Positions 22,273 through 34,457 of a stretch of DNA of 64,000 nucleotides are shown here, one piece after another. The DNA comes from Octopus sinensis (lineage: Eukaryota). A program made the translations under genes and the position numbers. The stretch spans positions 82,088,001 through 82,152,000 of the forward strand of contig NC_043002.1 in assembly GCF_006345805.1 (NCBI RefSeq). The letters run 5' to 3'. A model generated the notes under the pieces. It was not told the DNA's origin, did no database searches, and worked only from the letters and a program-made list of their open reading frames with translations. The number at the start of each line of letters is the position of its first letter. The stretch's first letter is position 1.

Positions 22273-23619
22273 TACCTAATAGCATTTTTCTAAAATATAT
22301 AAAACATTATTTAATCAAAAATATATTTACAACAAAATAGGTATTAAAAATACCTGGAAAAAAAATTGTAGCAAAATAAATAATATTTTGTATCATGTAA
22401 ATGCTAAAAGGCGCTTCTGAATAGCTTGTGTGTGTGTGTGTGTGTGTGCGTGCAAGCAGGTATATTTGCTTGCAAGGTGATTGATGCTTAGAATGACATA
22501 GAGATTTCTTCTCAAGGTGTTTGCTTTATTTTGCATGACACTTCTTGTATAAGATGACAAAAAATGTCACATTTACTAATAAGGGTTTTTATAGACAACT
22601 TATTACTCCAGGCATAGAAATATCTCCCAACAGGTTTTTTTTTCTTTTTCTTTTTTTTTTTTTTCTTTTGCTGTAATTCTTGAGCAGTCAGTGTCTTCCT
22701 GTATGTTTGTTTATTTATCATGCTCCTTAGTTTTGTGTGTGTGTTGTAACTGACGCGATTACGATTGCCCTACGGAAAAGAAAGATCGTGTGCAATACAT
22801 ATTGTTATAAATCTTTGTTCCTACACGGACTGATGCTTGTTGATTTGTTCCATCAACAGATTTGGCGATTTAGAATGCATACACCGTTTATAACAAAGGC
22901 AGTTTTGTTTCTATCTTCAATTATTGTTATACACTGAAACATGTGTGTGTATGTGTATATGTGCCATGAACCTTCTTTGAGGATTGCCTCTGGGCATGAA
23001 GCTATCGTTAATGAGATGTGAAGTGACCCGAACTAATAACATACAAGATATATTTACACTGCTCATGTATTGAGTTCTTTTCACGTTGCCATCAAAAATT
23101 ATTTTGCAAGTAGGACTTTGCAAACACAATCCAGTTATTTCACATGTATGTATACATATACATACATATGAAGTCATTGGGTTATATATATTCACTTTTT
23201 GAGGTGTTGTTTCACCAGAAAAAAAAATGTTTTTTTTTTTTATTGAGAGTCAACAAGCATTAAACAGTAAGGTGAAGTGGTTAGTGGTGGTAAAGGTGGG
23301 GTCCTAGATTTAAAAAAAAATTATTGTGTGTGTGTGTGTCTGTTGTAGGAGGAAGATTATTGCTTTCTTCAGGCTCTGCTTTAGAAACTTTTGGAATGCT
23401 AATAATATATTTAAAAAAAAACAAAAAAAAACAAAAAATAATAATATTGAGCAGGGGTGGGAGTGGTAAGGGTGGGGTAGGGTATGTGGCTGATTACTGT
23501 TTTATTTTTCTTTCCTCTCTATATATCTGTATTTGTGAAAGAGAGAGAGAGAGAAAGCTTGTGTGTGTATGAGAGAGTGAGAAAGAGAAAGGGAGAGAGA
23601 GAGGGGGGAGAGAAAGAGA

Positions 23620-24105
23620 AACATTTGGATTGGCTGGCAGGCCTATAGCTGTCCTTCAAGCCACCTCTTAAGATCCATGTATGTTATGGTAGTTGACTGG
23701 CTCAGTAAGACTAGAAGATATACAAAACTGTCAAGTGTCACCAGCAGCAATTGGCATGATATATTGCATGGGGCTGTCACCCCAGCTGTAGTAGTAGAGG
23801 AGGAGAAGGAGGTGTTGACTTGGTGGAGGGGGTGGGGACCTTGAGGTTGTAGGGGAAACCAGGGTGGAGAGGAGTTTTTGGTGGGGTGAGGGCGGAATGA
23901 GCTCTGGCTAGCCAGCTCAACCTACTCCACTTCCACCTAACAGTCAAAACAATAATGGCTGGGCCCAGCTTTTTTACAACTAGCAAACTAGATCACTATA
24001 CACATTTATATAGCTGACTGGTAAGAGGACCCTCTGTCATTGACATCACACAGGCCCACATATGCTAACCACTAGTTTTCTGAGAGGGTTTGGTCTTAAG
24101 GATTT

Positions 24106-24110
<5 letters not shown>
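23620..24110. promoter_or_regulatory. Candidate cis-regulatory island (SINE-free, GC-richer than its surroundings)
   Basis: Three CTGTCA (TGACAG) motifs, TCAAGTG, AACAAT and two 12-bp palindromes, flanked by GA and CT tracts. Function is inferred only. Confidence 0.3.

Positions 24111-24112
<2 letters not shown>

Positions 24113-24191
<79 letters not shown>
24113..24191. repeat. (CT)n microsatellite
   Basis: Direct reading. Confidence 0.95.
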
Positions 24192-24192
<1 letters not shown>

Positions 24193-25202
24193 TTTTTCTT
24201 CTTTTTTTTTTTTGTAAATTCTTTCTCCCCTTCTTTAGCATTTATTTAACTTAAAACTACTTTTGAAAGAGACACATGCCTGCAGATGATCACTTATTTA
24301 TTCCAAACTTTATTTATAATCATCATTATTATTTTACATCACAATATACGCCAATACCATTCATTCAGATAGGATTATTGCTTCTGAAATGCATTTGAAT
24401 ATTTTACACCCATGTGAGAAGCCTTTCCTACTTTTACCTGGAGTATTTTCTCCAACATTAGCCATGGTAAGCACAACATTCCATTTCTCAATGTTTTCAT
24501 CATTATCATCACCATTACCATTATCATCATCATTGTTTTGATTATTCACCTGTTGGTAAACCTGTCGGCTACTATACAAAGCAGGCATGTTGTGGGTGTG
24601 ATAGTTGTTAAACATTGTTGTTGTTGTTGTTAATATTATCATCATCATTATTATTTTAATAGAATCATAATTTCTACGTAATTTATTTTACTTTTTCTTC
24701 ATTTTTCTCAATATGCTTTCTCTCTTTTTTTAACAAACATCTTACCTAACTGTCGGCCCCTTTGTCTCCCTGTTCTTTGTAATCAAATTTTTTTTTTATT
24801 TTAAAACAGAATAAGTAAAGCATATTAGTTTAAGCTTGCTTTAAAAAAAAAAGTTTTTTTTAATCAAAACAAAAACGAGTAACATACATACATTGTCAAC
24901 TATTTTGCATTTTACCTGCAAACTCCATTAACAAACTAATTTTGGACACAACTACCCTAATAGTTATCAGAGCATTTATATGTTATAATGATATTAATAA
25001 ATAATCATAATTAATTAAATGCTGTTATTTTGCTATAGTGTACATATAGTTGGTGTTGACATTAGATTCTGGTATTTATTTTTCTAGTCCCATATAAAGT
25101 TGAAGAAACCTGAACAGTGCAATACTAAAAACATATAATCTGGTTTGCCATGAACTTCTATATCTTTGTAAAATGGGGTGGCACTGTCTTGTAAGAAAAG
25201 CA

Positions 25203-25400
25203 ATAATTTCCAACATAGGTATAAGGCCAGAAATCTGAAAGGTCAGGGTGGGGTGGGGGGATAATCGATTATAGCAACCCCAGGGCTTGACTGGTATTTT
25301 ATTTCTATTAAAGCAATGCCCCCTAACCATGACAACCAGCAAAGTTTACCTCAACGGGATTAAAAGAGCTGAGGGAAATACAAAGCGTTTTTATCTAACA
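25203..25400 (-). mobile_element. SINE-A degenerate
   Basis: aaggccagaaatctg...cttgactggtattttatttc...aaagtttacctc. Confidence 0.55.
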
Positions 25401-25841
25401 ATCTTAACAATTCAGCTAGCTTGCCACTTTGTTGTGTGTCTCTATTTTTTGACATGAGGCCAATAGTTTTGAGGGGAGGGGCCTAGTCTTAGCCGGTTAT
25501 TTTCATATCCATTGTCCCTGGAAAAGTGGAAGGCAAAATTAACCTTGACAGGATCTGAACCCAGAATGCTCTGAACTGGAACAAATACCACTACATATTT
25601 TTTTCTTTTCCAATGTTCTACCAATTCTACCAGATTACAGCAATTTTGAGGGTAAGGGAAAGGGGGTTAGGCAATTTAAATTAACTCCACTCCATGTCAC
25701 ACCCTGTACTTGTCTGGTGCTTTATTTAATCTACTTAGAAAGAATTAACTGCAAAGTTGACCACAGCAAGATTTGAACTTACAACATAGAGAATCAAAGA
25801 GAAGTGCTGTAAGGCACTCTTTAAATCCACCACCCTCGTAA

Positions 25842-26043
25842 TAATACTTTCTACTATAGGCACAAGGTGTGAAATTTTGGGGAAGGGGGTGAGTTGATCA
25901 CATTAACCCTTGTGCTCATTGACCCCAAAAGAACAAAAAGCAGAGTCAACCTCAGTGAAATTTGAATTCAGAACGTAAAGGTGAAAGACAGGCTGCTAAG
26001 CATTTTGTCCAGCATGCCAACAATTCTATCAGCTTAGTACCTT
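25842..26043 (-). mobile_element. SINE-A
   Basis: Colinear with 2068-2284. Confidence 0.8.
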
Positions 26044-26072
26044 AATAATAATAATATTAATAATAATAATAA

Positions 26073-26276
26073 TTTCAAATTTTGCCACAAGGGCAGCAAT
26101 TTGAGGGAGGAGATGAGTCAATGACATTGACCCCAGTTGGTACTTATTTTATCAATCCTGAAGGGATGAAAGGCAAAGTTGACCTCAGCAGAATTTGAAC
26201 TCAAAACGTAAAGCTGGACAAAAGACTGCCAAGCATTTTGCCCAGCATGCTAACAATTCTGCCAACTCACCACCTC
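26073..26276 (-). mobile_element. SINE-A (tandem)
   Basis: Colinear with the other copies; (AAT)n on both sides. Confidence 0.85.
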
Positions 26277-26309
26277 AATAATAATTATAATAATAATATG
26301 GGTAGTGGA

Positions 26310-26530
26310 GTGGTGGTAACATTGAAGTGCTGAATTTTAAAATCCCTTGCAGTTTTTTTGGGCGGGGTTGCCTGTCTCTCTACTTCCTGAATTTAAATTC
26401 CCTTGGCATTGATTTTTACTTTCATTTCCCCTGAGTTGATACAATAAGTACCAGTGATGTGCTGGGATAGAATCAATCAACTGCAGCTGTCCCTTCCAAA
26501 TTTGTAGCTCTTATTGTAAATAAATGATGA
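26310..26530 (+). mobile_element. SINE-A degenerate
   Basis: gaatttaaattcc...tttactttcatttcc...aataagtaccagtg. Confidence 0.5.
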
Positions 26531-27335
26531 TTAACAGATTCGTTTGAACACGGAATAATAAAAATTGCTTGCCCTATTTGTTGTGGTACTTCACATCCTG
26601 GCTTGAAATCCCTCTGCCTGGCACCAATACATAACAAATATATATGTATATGTGTATACAATTTAAAAGTATAAAAGAAAATTTCATCAATATCATTATA
26701 TAAGTTGGGTAAAAGCAGTAATGCAACAGTCAGAATGCATTGCAATGTTTAGTTATGTCCCTTTACATTATGTGTGCAAATCCCGCGTTTATCGTTGTTT
26801 TTTGACTTTCATCCTTGCTGGATCGACGCAATAGTAAAGCGCACTGAGGGTCGATTAAATTATGTACAAGTTAAGTATAGTAGACCAATGACTGGTCTGT
26901 TGGAAACCTGTAAGTAATATCATTGTTGTTCACAACCTGTTGTATGAAATCAACATAGGATTTAATACAACCAACTACATTTTTTTTTTCCCCGCCTCAA
27001 AGTCTGCATGTAGCATTGTGTCTTTAAAACAAATTTTTATTATCTTGTACTCGTAATGCTTTTCATTGCACATGGTCCTTAACATGATTTCTTCTTGTAT
27101 GAATTTCAACGTCTTTTTGTTTTTGCTGTTTAGCACCCCATGTCAGCTTTGATACATAGCTTAATCGGTAAAATGCCTTGGTATGTTCAGCAAATCCATT
27201 GTTCGAGGAGCATACTGTGTATCTTGACGTGCAGTAGTTTATCCTATGGGAGAGGACTCTGTGACAGTCTGGGTACGTCAGTGGAGGCATGACAATTCGG
27301 ATGTTCTGTTTCTTCTTATTATTATTGGTTGTGTT

Positions 27336-27545
27336 AAAGATGGCAAGCTGACAGAACTATTAGCATGTCAGTATTTCTTCTCGCTCTTTACGTTCTGTGT
27401 TCAAATTCTGGCGAGGGTTGGCTTTGCTTCCCATTTTCTCGGGGTTGATAAAATAAGTACCAGTTGAGCACTGGGGTCAGTTTAATTGACCAGTCCCCTC
27501 CCTGCAAAATATCAGGCTTTGTGCCTATAGTAGAAAGAATTATTA
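27336..27545 (+). mobile_element. SINE-A
   Basis: Head, core and tail present. Confidence 0.85.
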
Positions 27546-28083
27546 CTCATACTATACATTCTAGCACAATTTAATAAGGACATGATGCTTTAAGTATTTC
27601 TATGTATGTATGGTGTTTTTAGATCGTCATGATCAAGTCAGAAGAATTCCTCCCACTTAAGACTCATATTATTGTTGTGTGTTATGCAATTCCCTGTCAG
27701 CTCTGATTGAACCATTCATTCTATGGCACTCGGGTAGTTGGCCAAATGACTAGGCCTGACCCACAAGAACTTTTGTTTCAGTTATGGTATATTTATATGT
27801 ACGTGCAGGCTTTAACCGTTACTGAGGTTAGTGGAAAAGATGCTGTTGTAATAGTGTTGTGAGGTATTGTGAACATGTCTGGGTATTTGGAAGCGATTAT
27901 GTGATTTTTTTTTTCCCCTCTGTTGTGACTAGAGATTGTGAAGGTTAACATGTGTTATAGCAACAGCACCAAACTGTGCTCCTCACATATCCAGATCTTT
28001 AGTTTTGGGTTTTGTTGTGTGTGTAAATGGTCTGTGGGTGTTGTCCGAATACAATCTGTGATGATATATAGTGTGATGTTTTA

Positions 28084-28120
<37 letters not shown>

Positions 28121-28812
28121 GTTCATGTGTTGCACGTGCACCCTTGTTATTGTTACTTTGTTGGCCAAAAAAATGTGTCTATGATTGTAGTGTGTATGAT
28201 TATGCATTGGGTTTTTTTCCTGTTTTCTATATCTTCTGTTGTTGAATGTTATTACTGGTTTGTTATTTGATGTTCTGTTGTTGATTGAGAAGAAAATATT
28301 GGTAGGTGCCACTTTGCCTGTTGTTTTGGAATCAGGCTTCTTCTAGCTTGTCAGTGTAGTATTTGGCGGTGTTGTGCAGCTGATTGTTTCTAGAGAACAG
28401 TGGGATATTGTGAATAGAATATCACCTGCATGTGAAACTGTAGGTATGTTTTAAGAAGGTATGGGGAAATCACATAGGTTTGTATTGAAAAAATATGGCT
28501 AAGATGATGAATCCTTCTACCATTTCAAAAAAGGAAGAAAAAAAGAAAAGGGGTTTTATGTCATAGTTATATTCTGTAGTGTTGTGGCAGTGTTATGAAG
28601 TGTTGTTGTAGTGTTTTGAGAAGAGTTGTAACAGTGTTTAAGAAGTATTGTAGCAGTGTTGTTATACTCAGGAAGGACAAAATACAGAGGTCAACTTCGC
28701 TTTTTGTCATTCCAGAGTCAAGAAAATAAGTATCAATCAAGTACTGAGGTTGATATGATAGAATATATATTCTTCCCTTAAGATTCGAGGCCTTGTTTGT
28801 TATTATTGTCTC

Positions 28813-29035
28813 AGGGTGGCAAGCTCACAGAATTGTTTGCATGCTGGCTGAAATGTTTAGTGGTATTTTGTCTGTCTTTGTGTTCTGAGTTCAAATTCCA
28901 TCAAGATTGACTTTACCTTTCATCCTTTCAGGGTTAGTAAATTAAGTTCCAGTGAAACACTGAGGCAATATAATTGACTTGTCCCGTCCCCCCAAAATCT
29001 CAGGCTTTGTGCATTTAGTAGAAAAGATGATTATT
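28813..29035 (+). mobile_element. SINE-A, preceded by a partial copy at about 28665-28800
   Basis: Head, core and tail present. Confidence 0.85.
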
Positions 29036-29439
29036 ATTATTTTTTTTTTCTCTACTTATTTTCATCAAGCTTCAAATCAATACTTTTAGATTTCAAGTCA
29101 GTGGCACTTCAATTCCAGTAGGATTGATATGATGTATGATCATAATTGTTGGACAACTGATGAGAAAGAAGAATGAGGCTGAAACTGTGCAAACTAAACG
29201 GCACTGCTGTTAATTTCTTACATGTGTTTAACAGAGGATCATAAATGTATAGTAGAGGGGTAGATTCAATTGAATTGACATGCTTGGTACTTCCTTCACC
29301 TGCTCTCTTCCTTGAATGCAAGATAGAGTCAACTCATGAGAGATTTGAACCTAGAACATTGGCACGATTATATATGGAATGCTTTTAGGTACTTAGTCTG
29401 TCACTTACCCTGCTCTAATTGTATAGTAATTATAAATTC

Positions 29440-29635
29440 TAACGTTGATAAGAAGTCACACATTTTTGGGGAGGAGTGTCGTCAGTTTTAATTAACTGTA
29501 GTACTAAATGGTGTCTATTTTATTGACTATAGCAGGAATGAAAGGCACAGAGGAACTCCTTCGGAATTTGAACACAGAGCTAAAGGAATGTAACTAAATA
29601 CCTGCAGACATTTTATTCAACACTGTTGATTCTGC
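29440..29635 (-). mobile_element. SINE-A degenerate
   Basis: ggaatgaaaggc...ggaatttgaac...gattctgcca. Confidence 0.55.
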
Positions 29636-29984
29636 CATGACGATGATAATGATAATAAGGATAATAATAAGTAGTACTTTCTTATGTAGTCATAAAATTT
29701 AAGATTCTTACAAGCAGAGAGACAAGAAGTGTAAGAATATTACATTTGACGTTAAGCAAAGCGAAGTGAGAACTGGAACTTGCAGCTGGCTTAATGGGAT
29801 ATTTGGCTACCGCAACAAATATCACAGCAATGCAGATTTGGTATAAACGTCCTTCAAAAGACATTGCTGTATACACACATGTATGCACACACAGATACAC
29901 ACACATGCAAAGTACACTAGTTGCTGCACAGAAATTTTGCATAAAACTGTTGGAAAGCATTTATGATAAATATTATTGTTTCTC

Positions 29985-30075
29985 TGAAGTTGACTTTGCC
30001 TTTCATCATTTCTGGGTCATGAAAATAAGTACCAGTTGAGGACTGGGGTAGATATAATCAACTGGTCTCCTCCCC
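29985..30075 (+). mobile_element. SINE-A core fragment
   Basis: gttgactttgcctttcatc...aaataagtaccagttga. Confidence 0.7.
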
Positions 30076-30260
30076 AGATTCTTTGTATTTGATTTCAAGT
30101 CCTACTGAAGTCTGGTTTCTCCATCATCCCTTCATGGTTGATAACATAAAGTACTAGCGAAAGTACTTTGCCAGGGGTCAATGACATTGACTGAACTCCT
30201 TCTCTGAAAATTACTGGTCTTGTGACCAAATTAGAAACAAATATTATTATTTGCTACTTA

Positions 30261-30666
30261 GGTGCAGGAGTGACTGTGTGGTAAGTAGCTTGCTTGTGAA
30301 CCACATGGTTCCGAGTTCAGTCCCACTGCATGGCACCTTGGGCAAGTGTCTTCTACTATAGCCTTGGGCCGACCAAAGCCTTGTGAGTGGATTTGGTAGA
30401 CGGAAACTGAAAGAAGCCCGTCGTATGTATGTATGTATATATATGAAAGTGTGTGTATATATGTTTGTGTGTCTGTGTTTGTCCCTCCCCAACATCGTTT
30501 GACAACCGATGCTGGTGTGTTTATATCCCCGTAACTTAGCAGTTCAGCAAAAGAGACCAATAGAATAAGTACTAGGCTTACAAAGAATAAGTCCTGGAGT
30601 TGATTTGCTCAACTAAAGGCAGTGCTCCAGCATGGCCACAGTTAAATGACTGAAACGAGTAAAAGA
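30261..30666 (+). mobile_element. SINE-B full length
   Basis: Complete head, microsatellite and 3' half. Confidence 0.9.
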
Positions 30667-31607
30667 TACCAACACACACAAAGTTTTGAAGGAAAGTGGA
30701 AGTGATTAAATTAATTCTGAGTGTGATTAACTATATTAATTTTATTAATCACTGCCTTGATATAATAATGATACTTAACGAGCAAAAAACCTTTTCAGAA
30801 TTTATTAACTTCACCAGTGTTTTCTTCTCTCCCTCTCATGTACATAACATTTTTTTCTATATATCTCTCTATCTCATTTGACATCTGCAGAAGGCAGTAT
30901 TCCAGCTTGGTCGTGATCCAATAACTGAAATCGTTGAAAAGAATGCACACATGCATACCTAACTTCCTTCTACTTTTGACTATCACTTATTTAATTCTTA
31001 CCCTTCTGTATACTCTTTCCATTGTTCTGCCACACTTCTATCATGGTTCTTTTAAAACAGCCATATAATACTTCTGAATTAGTAATTATCACAAAATTGT
31101 CCAGATGTTCTTCTCATTCTAAAATTTAGGCAAGAAAAGCCAAATATCTGAATTTTATAGGATTTCTCTATCGTAAGTATGAAAATGGCTTCTGTTTGCT
31201 CTGATAATAATTATGGTAACGATGATGATTTCTTAATTAAAGAATACTGCCTCAAGCAAGTAGAATTAAGTGAAACACAAATTGGGGGACTGATTGCATC
31301 ACTTGTAAGAGGATATAAATTCATTGTTTTGGAGAACCCAGAAGCTAGAAGTCTTAGGCTGTTTGGACCTTATTCATTTCATTTATTGAGCTCTAATAAT
31401 ATTTATTGATGCATTCTTAGTTATAGTTGTATATATCCAATTGAATCAAACTTAGTATGTTACTGGTATTCAGTCTTATTGAACTGGATGGTAGAAATGA
31501 TTGTCTGATTGTTTGAATTTGTTAGCATATTAGTAATTAAGAGAAAACAACTGTGACTGTACTATAATTGCTGACACCTGTTGCGAGCCAATAAAGGCTG
31601 GGACCAG

Positions 31608-31790
31608 GTATCTCAAGGTCACTCAGCCTGTTAATAATATTAGCCATATCTCCTTCAGATCACCCTCTTATTGTCATAGTGAGGAAGATATATGAATCTA
31701 GGTTGACATAGTTCAGTATAAAATGACGGGATGGTCATGGCTGAAATACATTTGCTCACAAGCTAGTTCAGTCAGGGACTAAACTACAGC
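31608..31790 (+). mobile_element. Family C repeat
   Basis: agccatatctccttcagatcac...gggatggtcatggctg. Confidence 0.6.
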
Positions 31791-32107
31791 AAATACAACT
31801 ATATGGGCCTCTGTGTGTGTGTGCGTGTGCGCACATGTAGTTGGTCCAGTGACATGCTACACTGGTGTTTCCACAACATTTAGCTGCTATTCAGGCAAGT
31901 CAGACTGGGTGAAAAACACATTACTCTACTCTAATATCTGTACACATTTTTTTTTTATTTCCATCTCCAGGTTTGACTTGTCTGAAGATGCTGCCTTGTT
32001 TGCATGTCATTGAAACTGCAGAATAACAGGCCACTGGACTAGCTTAAATAAACTACTGCATTCTGTTTGTATTGAGTACTTCTTTTGTAGATTGTTACCC
32101 AACAATG

Positions 32108-32142
<35 letters not shown>

Positions 32143-32189
32143 ATACACACACACACATACATATGTGTGTGTGTGTGTGTGTGTGTGTA

Positions 32190-32465
32190 TGACAAAGGAC
32201 TGAGACACCTCTCACCTGGCTGTACTCAAGAAGACCCATACCCTGCAGTAGAAGTGTTAAAACCGATCCTTCTGGTTGTGTAAAGCACTCACGGTGGTGC
32301 CATGTAAAAGCACCTGTGTGGTGACACTTAAAAGCATTGCATCCAGGTGTAGAAACCATGCCAAGTTAGACTATAGTCTGGAGCAGTACCCCCAGCTTGC
32401 CAGCTCTGATCAGACTGTCCAACCTATGCTAGCATGAACAACAGATGTTTGTTGATGATGATGAG
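32190..32465 (+). mobile_element. Family E degenerate
   Basis: ggtgccatgtaaaagcacc...gtccaacctatgctagcatg followed by (GAT)n. Confidence 0.65.
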
Positions 32466-33706
32466 GAGGAGGAGGAGGAGGATGATATATATATTCCTAA
32501 GTTTATATCTATAAATTTTTTGTAGAATTTAGGGCTAGCACTGCAAGTTATGATGTTTTGTATATGAATGCATCTATTGAAGCAATGTGATTGAATACAT
32601 AAACATATTTGTATATTAAATATTGTAACTTGCAATGCTGGCTCTATATTCTATAGAACATTGCACTGCTAACACAAAAAGCAAGGCACAATATTGACTT
32701 GTAAACCTTTAGTAAACTTGGGAGTATATTATTGTTGCAAAACAACATAGTGTGTACTTACTGCCAATTAACACACACACCCCTTGACCATATGTCTAAG
32801 TATTTTAGCTGGCCATTTTCTATGCCAGCCTACCAGGAGAGAATGCATAATGGTGATGTGTATGTACTTTGGAGGGGGGGGAGTTTCCATATAATTTGCA
32901 TGTCCCAAATTTTGCTCAAAAGGCATTGGTTGAGGTTAACCTAATATTATAGAAGAAAATACCCAAGGTGCCATACTGTAGGCCTGGGCTCAAAACTATG
33001 TGACTACAATGCAAACTTGTTAATCAACACAGCCTTACTTATGTCTGTTCCTTAAATCACACTCAGCAGCATATTAACTTAAAGAAAAGCTAAGCTGCTA
33101 TTTCTAGCACATCAGCTGACCACGTGTAGACTTCCTCTTGTTGGCCCGATTTGATGTAAGTGTTGGCACATGGGCCTAACCAGGAACTGAAACTGTATCA
33201 CAGTCTCATCTCAGCGGCAACTTGTTCATATAGTGCTAACTAGCAGTTTTTGGTGATGCTGATGATGATGATGAAGTTAGCAAATATTATAAGTCTCAGC
33301 TTTAGAAGTAATATTTCAAGACAATTAAATCTTAATTGGCATTAAATTCCTCTCGGTTTTATTTAAGAGTTTGTATATGTTTGGCAGTAAGGCTTGCTCC
33401 TCTCTTGCAGAAATTTTGCCAACCCTTGTGTTTTTATTGCATTCTGAGCCTTTAATCTCCCTAAAAATCTCTTAACTTGTTTTACTCATTATTTAAATCT
33501 TATTCTTTTATTTATTGTTATCATAAATATCCTTATCAATAGTAGTTAGTGATAGTGGTGGTGGTGTTGGCAACGTTGGTGGCGGCGATGGTGGTGGTAG
33601 TAGTAGCGGCAGCAGCAGTAGTAGTAGTAGTAAAATATGACAGACACAGTAGACCACCAAACAAAAATGCTTTTTTTGCAGTTTTTTTAATTATTTACTT
33701 CTATGA

Positions 33707-33875
33707 TGCAGTGAGCTGACAGAATAATTAGTGCGTTGGGCAAAATGCTAGCGATGTTTCTTCTGGCTCTCTATATTCTGGGTTCAAATCCTGCTGAGGT
33801 CAACTTTACCTATCACCCTTTTTTGGGACTGATAAAATGAGTACCAGTCAAGTATTAGGGAATTGATATAATTGC
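33707..33875 (+). mobile_element. SINE-A
   Basis: gtgagctgacagaat...gggttcaaatcc...gtcaactttacc. Confidence 0.7.
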
Positions 33876-33969
33876 CTTACTATGCACACACTACAATCAA
33901 ATGACTGAAACGAAAAAAATAAAAGGTGATAAGCTGGCAGAATCATTTGTGCACTGAACAATATGCATT

Positions 33970-34062
33970 CTTTTATTTGTTTCAGCCATTTGATTGTGGC
34001 CTTGCTGGAGCGCCACCTTTAGTTGAAGAACTCAACCCCAGGATTTATTCTTTGTGACCCTA
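33970..34062 (-). mobile_element. SINE-B 3' fragment
   Basis: gtttcagccatttgattgtggccttgctggagcgcc. Confidence 0.7.
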
Positions 34063-34067
34063 GTCAT

Positions 34068-34330
34068 TTGACTGGATTTGGTAGATGGAAACTGAAAAAT
34101 GCCCACCATACATATATATGTGTGTGTTTGTTTGTTTGTTTGTGTTTATCCCCCCACCATCGCTTGACAACTGTTGTTGGTGTGCTTACATCCCCGTAAC
34201 TTAGCAGTTTGGCAAAATAGACCGATAGAATAAATACTAGGCTTACAAAAAAATAAGCTCTGAGGGCAATTTGTTTGACTAAAAGCGGTGCTCCAGCATG
34301 GCCACAGTCAAATAACTGGAATGAATAAAA
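34068..34330 (+). mobile_element. 5'-truncated SINE-B
   Basis: ggatttggtagatggaaactg...ggtgctccagcatggccacagtcaaa. Confidence 0.8.
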
Positions 34331-34457
34331 ACAAAATGGACCTTGATTCAGATCTACTGATACAAATCTTTGATATGGATAAAGTAAGTACCAAATCCTA
34401 AATTCAAAGAAATTAGTGATGGTTTGTGTTAGCTAAGAATTTGAAAGTCTGGTTTGA

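Noticed and set aside
23777-23986. Pro-rich minus ORF (…PPKTPLHPGFPYNLKVPTPSTKSTPPSPP…) as a CDS
   Set aside because: It starts at a non-ATG codon, has no credible splice sites, and the Pro richness follows from plus-strand G-runs.
27131-27152. TAGCACC start reminiscent of miR-29-family miRNAs
   Set aside because: The seed differs (AGCACCC) and no complementary arm exists nearby.
30261-30340. tRNA gene calls at SINE heads
   Set aside because: A/B boxes are present but there is no complete cloverleaf, and each head continues into a SINE body.
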